Part shown: piece by piece, positions 44,650-51,987 of the stretch
How positions within the stretch are numbered: the first letter of the stretch is position 1
Layout of the letters: every line of letters begins with the position of its first letter
DNA from: Poseidonia sp.
Lineage (GTDB): Archaea; Thermoplasmatota; Poseidoniia; Poseidoniales; Poseidoniaceae
Length of the DNA: 57,930 bases
Reading direction: 5' to 3' (one strand)
Assembly (NCBI RefSeq): GCF_029250625.1
Contig: NZ_JAQXEX010000032.1
Position numbers and translations under genes: made by a program
The notes under the pieces: generated by a model
Databases searched by the model: none
Told to the model about the DNA's origin: nothing
Seen by the model: only the letters and a program-made list of their open reading frames with translations

Positions 44650-47600
44650 ATGTGCGGGGTATGTCAAATGAGCTTATCACACAATCAAATGGCCTATGTT
44701 GCTATTGTATCAACATTGATTTTCGGTTCCCTTTTCGTCGGTGTTTCAGGTTTCTTTCAAACCAGTGAGGACATCGGTGGATTTGAGTCAGCAGTCGAAG
44801 AAGATTTGCGAGGGGATACCGACCCAACCGCCGATTCAAAGGACTCCGATGAAGATGGACTTTCTGACCGCCTTGAGGAGACTCAATACGGTACCGACCC
44901 GAACGATAAGGATACGGATAACGACGGGATGGAAGACGGTTGGGAAGTACAACACGGTCTGAATCCTCTTGATAATGGAGACTCTGAAGACCTCGAAGTG
45001 GATCCAACTCAAAGCGATGAAACTGAAGATGCTTCCATTGAAAATGAAAGTGATTCATGGCCTGACCCCAACCAAGGACCGAATGGAGACCCTGACCGAG
45101 ACGGTCTAACCAACCAAGCAGAGCAGGATTTGGGCACGGACCCACAACGAGCTGATACAGACAACGACGGCCTTAACGACCGTTGGGAATCCCAATACAC
45201 GATGGAGGTACTCACCCCTGCTGGTACCGTGACATTGTTCAATCCACTGGACGGCAACTGGGATTGTATCCTCCTTGACCAAGCTATGGAAGATGCCCTT
45301 GAGAGCCGATTTAACGGAGAGAATGGCTTGCCTGAGTGGGACAGCCTTGCTTCAAACGGTCGTCATTCATGCGACATGGTCCTTGACAGTGATGATGACG
45401 GACTCGCTAACTTTGAGGAAGAATCATACGGAACCAATCCAACAGAAAGAGATTCTGATATGGATCTCATCGATGACATCCTGGAAGTTGCAAATGCTAC
45501 AATGGGAATGTTCACCGGTCTTGGTGAGAACTGCAATGTTGGCCTTGAAGTTTCAATCGAGCACGTTGGCCCTTTCTTTGGGAAGGAACGCAGTTGGTTC
45601 CTCCTCGACATGGACGGAGACGGTTTGCTCAATGGTCCATCTGACTGGGATACGGATGGAGACGGAATGCCTGACGGTTTTGAATTCTGTTATTCAGACC
45701 CTTTATTGGGTGCTCCTAATCCTGCCTATGTATTGGACCCTGCTAACGCTTCCGACGGCTACAATGACTGGGACGAAGACGGTATGAACAACGTAGAGGA
45801 ATACCAAGTTGCACAAATTTTTGGACCAACAAACTTCACTTCTCCATGGAGACTTGATACCGACCTTGACGATATGCCAGATGGCTGGGAAGCCAGTAAC
45901 GGTCTCAATCCTAGAGACGGTAACAACCGAGACGACGACCCAGACCGTGATGGATGGGACGTTGACCAAGACGGTAACGTTGTCTATGCAACGCTTGAAA
46001 ACACAGCGGTCGTTCATGGTATTGATGTTGCTCTAAACGACTTTGTGGAGGAAAATGAAACCGTGATTCGTGCACGAATCACACTCGGTGGAGGAAATCA
46101 ACAAATTGTTGCACTAAGCGCCCCAGTTTCTGGATATGTTTACTCAATCAATGTTCAAGTCGGCCAATCCATCGATTCAAGGATTTTCACTTGGGCATCC
46201 ATCGTTGAAGAAGAAGAACGCTTCACCAATGTCATGGAATACGAAGCCAACGACCGTGACGGCGACGGCGTGATTGATGGACGCAGTACAGACCCTCTCA
46301 ATGCCGATACCGATGCAGACGGCCTCATTGACGGAATCGAAGTTATGGGATGGGAGATTCTTGTTGTCAACCGAGGAGTTCAACCCACATGGGTTACCTC
46401 TGACCCTGGATTGTACGATACCGATGCTGACGGACTGAGTGACTTTGCAGAATTTTCATCCGCATGCAACGGTGGAGGCTCCAATGCATCCAACCCGGAT
46501 ACAGATTCAGACGGTCTCAGTGACTTGCAAGAGTCTGGAGACAATTTCATGTGGGAAGGGGAAGCCTATTCCACAAGTCCCTGTATGTTTGACACAGACA
46601 ACGACGGACTTGAAGACGGTGAAGAAGTCATTGCTGGTGAAGACAACTTCCTCACTCATGCCAACAACTCAGATACCGATAACGACGGGCTCGTAGACGG
46701 CCATGAAGTTCTCTTCGTACCTCGTCCATTCCAGAACCCAACGAATCCCCTTCTCAACGATACAGATTCCGATGGAATGCTCGACGGATGGGAGATGCAG
46801 GTAAAATCCGCTGAAGACAACACCAACTCGCACAGCCTTTGGGTTGCTACCTCTCCATGGGAGCGCCCTGGTTGCGATGCATCTCAAAGCAATTCATGCA
46901 CCATGCAACCTGGTGGATATGTCTGGCAGAATTGGCTCGGTGGATTTGCACTTGAACCCAAATTCCAAGTCAATGAGATGAACATCACCGGCTTCCAAAT
47001 GCCGAGTAACTCACTGTGTGATGGATGCAATGGCCGATGGGCCCTCGATCCCTCGCTCGATTCGCTAAAGGATGATACCTTTGACATCGACAACGACACG
47101 CTGGCCAACGCCCAAGAAGCTCCCGACCGATGGAACACAAATCCTGTTGATGACGATTCAGATGGCGACCTTCTACCCGATGGATGGGAAGTCTACTATT
47201 CACAGCAGGCATTGGAACTCGGACTCGTAGACAATGAAACCATCGGTGCATACGGTGCCCGTGGTGTCATGGACCCGTCCATGCCAGACAGCGACCTTGA
47301 CGGTATTGACGACGGTAATGAAGACCCTGACCAGGACGGTCTCAACCGTTCGGGCCTCATCAAGCGATATTGTCCGGGTTACAACGACACAACCAATTCT
47401 GAATGCAACATTGATCCTGAATCACCGGACGGTAAACGATTCTATGACAATCTAGAGAATTACACCAATTTCGAAGAAATGCAGAACGGTACGAACCCAA
47501 TCACCAACGATACCGATGGTGATGATTGGAACGACGGCCCCGAAGTCTTCTATCAAGACCACGATGATGATGGTATGGCTACCGGCTGGGAATATCACTT

Positions 47601-47751
47601 CCAGTTTGATCCGTTTGATGGTAATGATCGAATGGTTGACACCGATGGTGATGGTCACGTGAACTTCTGTGAGTACAAATGGGACACCAACCCAAGAAAT
47701 CCTGTATCCTATCCAGGTCAGGGTGAATTGTGCGACCCCTTCTCGGATTGA
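44650..47751 (+). CDS. Hyper-acidic secreted protein (1033 aa) built from thrombospondin type-3-like Ca-binding repeats
   Basis: N-terminal hydrophobic signal/anchor (MAYVAIVSTLIFGSLFVGVSGFF). More than 20 copies of D-x-D-x-DG-[LM]-x-D-G-[WE]-E / G-[TL]-[DN]-P motifs (DTDNDGMEDGWEVQHGLNPLD, DPDRDGLTNQAEQDLGTDP, DTDADGLSDFAE, DTDNDGLEDGEE, DSDGDLLPDGWE...). Which of three N-terminal ATGs is used is unresolved. Confidence 0.8.
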   Translation: MCGVCQMSLSHNQMAYVAIVSTLIFGSLFVGVSGFFQTSEDIGGFESAVEEDLRGDTDPTADSKDSDEDGLSDRLEETQYGTDPNDKDTDNDGMEDGWEVQHGLNPLDNGDSEDLEVDPTQSDETEDASIENESDSWPDPNQGPNGDPDRDGLTNQAEQDLGTDPQRADTDNDGLNDRWESQYTMEVLTPAGTVTLFNPLDGNWDCILLDQAMEDALESRFNGENGLPEWDSLASNGRHSCDMVLDSDDDGLANFEEESYGTNPTERDSDMDLIDDILEVANATMGMFTGLGENCNVGLEVSIEHVGPFFGKERSWFLLDMDGDGLLNGPSDWDTDGDGMPDGFEFCYSDPLLGAPNPAYVLDPANASDGYNDWDEDGMNNVEEYQVAQIFGPTNFTSPWRLDTDLDDMPDGWEASNGLNPRDGNNRDDDPDRDGWDVDQDGNVVYATLENTAVVHGIDVALNDFVEENETVIRARITLGGGNQQIVALSAPVSGYVYSINVQVGQSIDSRIFTWASIVEEEERFTNVMEYEANDRDGDGVIDGRSTDPLNADTDADGLIDGIEVMGWEILVVNRGVQPTWVTSDPGLYDTDADGLSDFAEFSSACNGGGSNASNPDTDSDGLSDLQESGDNFMWEGEAYSTSPCMFDTDNDGLEDGEEVIAGEDNFLTHANNSDTDNDGLVDGHEVLFVPRPFQNPTNPLLNDTDSDGMLDGWEMQVKSAEDNTNSHSLWVATSPWERPGCDASQSNSCTMQPGGYVWQNWLGGFALEPKFQVNEMNITGFQMPSNSLCDGCNGRWALDPSLDSLKDDTFDIDNDTLANAQEAPDRWNTNPVDDDSDGDLLPDGWEVYYSQQALELGLVDNETIGAYGARGVMDPSMPDSDLDGIDDGNEDPDQDGLNRSGLIKRYCPGYNDTTNSECNIDPESPDGKRFYDNLENYTNFEEMQNGTNPITNDTDGDDWNDGPEVFYQDHDDDGMATGWEYHFQFDPFDGNDRMVDTDGDGHVNFCEYKWDTNPRNPVSYPGQGELCDPFSD

Positions 47752-47769
47752 TTACATTAAGGAGATTGC

Positions 47770-49395
47770 ATGAATCAAACACGCAAATGTGCCACTCAAG
47801 CACGACGCTGTTTACTGATTGCACTCATATTCTGTGTTCCATTAACACCCATTACCACAGCTGGTCATGGGCCCTCCGGTGGAGGGAATCCCGACCATAC
47901 CTTTGAGTTCACTTTTGACCAAGAGCAAGGAATCAATGTTATCGACACATTGGAATTGTCTGGAGAATCACGACTTCAATTGCGAGATACTGAATGGGAC
48001 CTCTATGATGTATTGGATGACATGAATCCTCTGTTGCACGGAGATTTTTTAACGGCAGTTTTTCCGACAGCTGACGGATACTCATGGAATTTATCAGTCA
48101 ATGTTTCCGGTTATGATTGCACGTGCATCATGGAAATCTCAGTCCCTAATCCGGATGGCGGGACACACGTCCACCCTTTGTTCGTCTACATCGGCTCGGT
48201 GAATCATCAACCGGTCCTGTTGCCGACAAACTTCCACCATGACTTCAGGCCGATGGTGAATGGGAACGTAGTAGATTCAAGCGAAGAGGGGGCGACATTT
48301 CAAACTGCTAGCCAGTCAAATTTACCTTTGAACACCCTTCAAGACAACGTTGTGGAATTCGGTCTCATTACTCCCGAAGGAGACGTGAACGGTTCCATGA
48401 TCAAGGCTAACATCTGTCAAGCACCATACGGTGTTTGTCTGGATGAGGGGAAAACTATGACACTTCTTGCTGAATTTCAAGACAATACAGTATCATTGCA
48501 TCTCAATTCTTCTCTCATTGATGATGAAGAAGGTATTTGGAAATTTGCCTTCTTTGCTCAAGATGACCTTTTACGTACTTCTCCTGACCAAAACATGTTC
48601 TTCATCCATGATGTAACTCCCCCATCATTAAAGATCAATATGGATTCATCCGCAGAGGAGTCAGAACAACTATCAGTATTTTCAGAAACAGTTGACGGCT
48701 ATACTGGAGCATATGTTCAGGAAACTTGGACCATTACACTACCAAACGGGTCTATTCGAGCCCCGTTTGCAGATGAAATCATTGATTCCAGCCATCTCAT
48801 CCTTAATTTCAGTCAATCCGGTGAGTATACTTTGGAATTATCCGGTAGGGACCAAGCAGGGAACATGAACTCAACGATGGTCCAGTTTAGCATTATCAAT
48901 CAACCTCCAGTGGCTGTAATTTCCATTGATGGTCTGACGGCTACCAACAACCAGATTGTTCAAATGAGTGCGGGTGGGAATTGGACCATTCATGGTACCG
49001 ACAGTTACGACAACGAGGTCATTGATTACCTGTGGATTATTGACTCATCAACATCAATTCGTGGAGTGGAATCACTCTCCTATGAAGATTTCAAATCCTC
49101 CGGAACATATCTGATTGAACTCATCGTTTTCGATGATGATGGTTCGACAAACTCCACCATCATTGAATTGCAAATTCAATCTGGTGATGATGCAGCCTCC
49201 GCTGGGCCCAATATGGTCATGCTCGCTTTCGTTGGCCTTGTGTTATTCGGAGCAATTTGTACCATTACATACTTCATCTTCGGAAGAGAAGAAACAGGTT
49301 CATTGCCGAAATGGTCTGCTGCTAACCCCACTGATACATCATCGGTAGAAGCCGACGATGAAGGTCAGAATAATGCAACGATTGAAGAAGCCTAG
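47770..49395 (+). CDS. Secreted, C-terminally anchored protein with PKD domain (541 aa)
   Basis: Signal peptide (CLLIALIFCVPLTPITTAG). PKD-like module (NQPPVAVISIDG...HGTDSYDNEVIDYLWII...GTYLIELIVFDDDGSTNSTII). C-terminal TM helix (MVMLAFVGLVLFGAICTITYFIF) plus an acidic tail. SD AAGGAGA lies 4 nt upstream, and the gene starts 18 nt after the TSP3 gene. Confidence 0.75.
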   Translation: MNQTRKCATQARRCLLIALIFCVPLTPITTAGHGPSGGGNPDHTFEFTFDQEQGINVIDTLELSGESRLQLRDTEWDLYDVLDDMNPLLHGDFLTAVFPTADGYSWNLSVNVSGYDCTCIMEISVPNPDGGTHVHPLFVYIGSVNHQPVLLPTNFHHDFRPMVNGNVVDSSEEGATFQTASQSNLPLNTLQDNVVEFGLITPEGDVNGSMIKANICQAPYGVCLDEGKTMTLLAEFQDNTVSLHLNSSLIDDEEGIWKFAFFAQDDLLRTSPDQNMFFIHDVTPPSLKINMDSSAEESEQLSVFSETVDGYTGAYVQETWTITLPNGSIRAPFADEIIDSSHLILNFSQSGEYTLELSGRDQAGNMNSTMVQFSIINQPPVAVISIDGLTATNNQIVQMSAGGNWTIHGTDSYDNEVIDYLWIIDSSTSIRGVESLSYEDFKSSGTYLIELIVFDDDGSTNSTIIELQIQSGDDAASAGPNMVMLAFVGLVLFGAICTITYFIFGREETGSLPKWSAANPTDTSSVEADDEGQNNATIEEA

Positions 49396-49410
49396 GCTGG
49401 TGGGATAATC

Positions 49411-50784
49411 ATGTTCGCTGATGCCATGGACCGGTTGCCTCCTCAACCCGCACCAACACCGTTAGCAGAATACAAGCAACGACAGGACCGTCTTACTTCG
49501 CAGTTCAAAAAAGACGACTTGTTCATTCTCGCCGCTCCTCAAGAAGCCGTCCATTCCAACGATGTCCACTACCGTTTCAGAACCTCGAGTGATATCCTCT
49601 ATCTGACCGGATGGTTTGACCCGGAGGCATCAGTTGTCCTCAGATACGATGAAGGTACTTGGAAAACATGCTTGTTTGTCCAACCAAAGGATACCCTCAA
49701 GGAAATTTGGGAAGGACGCAGGCCAGGTGTTGAAGGAGCTCTTGCTCACTACGCCGTAGACGAGGCTTACCCGAGTTCTGATTTGGAAGAATGCCTTGAT
49801 GTTTGGTTTCCCGAGTGCAAAAGAGTCTATCACCGTGGAGGCATTAATGCTCATCTTGATTCAATGGTGGATTCGGCAATCCTTCGTCGAGATCGTGCTC
49901 GCCAGCACTTTGGAACCGGCCCCTTTGTTGTCCAAGACCCAGCATCGCTCCTTGCGGAACTGCGATTACGGAAGTCCGCATCTGAGATTGAACAGATGAA
50001 ATATGCGAGTGAAGTTGCAAGTCTTGCCCATGAACTTGCGATGCGACACAGCAAAGATGGCGTCAATGAAGGTCAACTACAAGCGATAATTGAGGGATTT
50101 TTCTCATATGCAGGGGCATCAGGTTGGGCCTACCCGTCCATCGTTGGCTGTGGTGAAAATGCCACAATTCTTCATTATACAGTCAACAACGACGAATGTC
50201 GGGACGGCGAGGTCATTCTTATTGACGCAGGTGCTGAATATCGTGGATATGCAAGCGACATTACTCGCTCGTGGCCAATCTCTGGAACGTTCACTGAGGC
50301 GCAAAATGAAATATACAGTCTTGTACTTAAGTCTCAAGAGGCTGCTATTGCTGCTTGCAAAGTCGGAAATGCATACACTGCACCCCATGACGAGGCACGT
50401 CGTGTATTGGCGGAAGGACTGATTGAACTTGGTATCATTTCGCAGACTGTTGACGAAGCTCTTGACCCAACGGACGGTGAACTTCGCAACTGGTACATGC
50501 ACAACACCAGCCATTGGATTGGACTTGATGTTCACGATGTCGGAGTGTACAAACCGGGCGGGACTCCTCGAACGCTTGAGTCCGGGATGTGTCTTACTGT
50601 TGAGCCGGGATTGTATTTCGGCGCTTGGAGGCCAGACGTTGACTGTCCTAAACGGTATGCAAACATCGGTATCCGAATTGAAGATGATGTCCTGGTCACC
50701 GAGACCGGTCCCGTTGTATTGACCAATGCATGCCCAAAAACAGTAGACGATATACAATCCATCGTCGGCCAACCGTTGTCTTGA
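49411..50784 (+). CDS. pepP: Xaa-Pro aminopeptidase (peptidase M24B, PepP-like)
   Basis: AMP_N-like N-domain (YRFRTSSDILYLTGW). Metal ligands in ILIDAGAEYRGYASDITRSWP, HWIGLDVHD, LTVEPGLY and GIRIEDDVLVT. SD-like GGTGGGA lies 5 nt upstream. Confidence 0.88.
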   Translation: MFADAMDRLPPQPAPTPLAEYKQRQDRLTSQFKKDDLFILAAPQEAVHSNDVHYRFRTSSDILYLTGWFDPEASVVLRYDEGTWKTCLFVQPKDTLKEIWEGRRPGVEGALAHYAVDEAYPSSDLEECLDVWFPECKRVYHRGGINAHLDSMVDSAILRRDRARQHFGTGPFVVQDPASLLAELRLRKSASEIEQMKYASEVASLAHELAMRHSKDGVNEGQLQAIIEGFFSYAGASGWAYPSIVGCGENATILHYTVNNDECRDGEVILIDAGAEYRGYASDITRSWPISGTFTEAQNEIYSLVLKSQEAAIAACKVGNAYTAPHDEARRVLAEGLIELGIISQTVDEALDPTDGELRNWYMHNTSHWIGLDVHDVGVYKPGGTPRTLESGMCLTVEPGLYFGAWRPDVDCPKRYANIGIRIEDDVLVTETGPVVLTNACPKTVDDIQSIVGQPLS

Positions 50785-50793
50785 GGTGATTCT

Positions 50794-51987
50794 GTGAGCT
50801 GGTTGAAAATCTTGGAGCGACAGCAGGAATGGACGCCAGCAAACGCTGCTCAATTGCGATTAACGGAAGAAGAAGCAACGTTGCTCTATGAGAATGCCCC
50901 TTTGCATGCACTCATGCAGGCTGCTCATCGTCGACGATTGGCGATGCATCCTAATGGAAAAGTCACCTATCTCATCGATCGCAATATCAATTACACAAAT
51001 GTCTGTACGATCAATTGTCAATTCTGTTCATTCTATCGGCCCCCCGGTCACGATGAAACTTACACTCAAACCTTTGAAGAAATTTCCAACCGTATTGTTG
51101 AACTCGAAGCCATCGGAGGTGTTCGCATCTTAATGCAAGGCGGAGTCAATCCTGAACTGCCATTCAAATGGTACACGGACCTCATTGCCCACTTGTGCAA
51201 ACATCACCCGACCATTCATCTTGATTGCTTCAGTCCTATTGAAATTGAAGGCATAGCCGAGGTTTCAGGCATGTCAACGCTTGAAGTTCTTACACGCTTG
51301 AAGAACGCAGGTATGCACGGCCTTCCTGGCGGTGGGGCTGAAATGCTGGTTGAAGATGTTCGTACTGATGTTTCTCCAAAGAAGGGGCATCCTTCCAACT
51401 GGTTGAGAGTGATGGAAGAAGCTCAATCCTTAGGCCTCACGACCAGTGCAACGAACGTCATAGGGTTTGGAGAATCAATGGCGCAGCGTGTTGAACACAT
51501 GGCACGGATTCGGGAACTTCAGGACGCTTCAATAGAACACTATGGTAGAGGATTTACCTCGTTCATCGCCTGGCCTGTCCAACTGGAGACCAACACCTTC
51601 GGAAAAAGAAACAAGGGGCAAAACAAACACACTCTTGGTGCAGGTTCATCTGAATATCTTCGGCACATTGCGATTTCCCGACTTTATCTGGACAGCATCC
51701 AGCACATTCAGGCATCATGGCCTACCATGGGACTCGCAATTTCACAAATGGCACTCTTGGGTGGCGCTGACGATGCAGGTTCAACAATGATGGAAGAAAA
51801 TGTAGTATCCGCTTCTGGAACAAAGAAACTGGAAGCCTCAGAAATTGAACTTCAGGACTCCATCAGAAGAGCCGGATTTATCCCACAACGCAGGGACAGT
51901 GACTACCAAGACTTGGATACGGCCCTTGTTTCCGTGGACCCCAAAGTGATGGCTGCACCTACACCAGACGCATCTATGATGTCGTAG
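50794..51987 (+). CDS. Radical SAM enzyme of the MqnC/MqnE/CofH family (cyclic dehypoxanthinyl futalosine synthase-like)
   Basis: NINYTNVCTINCQFCSFYR (C-x3-C-x2-C), ILMQGGVNPEL, GLPGGGAEMLVEDVR and GFTSFIAWPVQ. The GTG start is supported by GAGGTGA (50783-50789) 4 nt upstream, overlapping the pepP stop. MqnC versus MqnE is not resolvable by eye. Confidence 0.65.
   Translation: MSWLKILERQQEWTPANAAQLRLTEEEATLLYENAPLHALMQAAHRRRLAMHPNGKVTYLIDRNINYTNVCTINCQFCSFYRPPGHDETYTQTFEEISNRIVELEAIGGVRILMQGGVNPELPFKWYTDLIAHLCKHHPTIHLDCFSPIEIEGIAEVSGMSTLEVLTRLKNAGMHGLPGGGAEMLVEDVRTDVSPKKGHPSNWLRVMEEAQSLGLTTSATNVIGFGESMAQRVEHMARIRELQDASIEHYGRGFTSFIAWPVQLETNTFGKRNKGQNKHTLGAGSSEYLRHIAISRLYLDSIQHIQASWPTMGLAISQMALLGGADDAGSTMMEENVVSASGTKKLEASEIELQDSIRRAGFIPQRRDSDYQDLDTALVSVDPKVMAAPTPDASMMS

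Noticed and set aside
50119-50853. 244-aa antisense ORF opposite pepP, plus other long antisense or alternate-frame ORFs. These include 669..1235, 3054..3557, 3564..4184, 10872..11351, 21261..21776, 24531..25025, 30014..30484, 35575..36033 and 44702..45145.
   Set aside because: Each is fully embedded in a gene with strong homology-type motifs on the other strand or frame. Their translations are low-complexity (Ser/Arg/Pro-rich) with no motifs and no SD. They are typical shadow ORFs.
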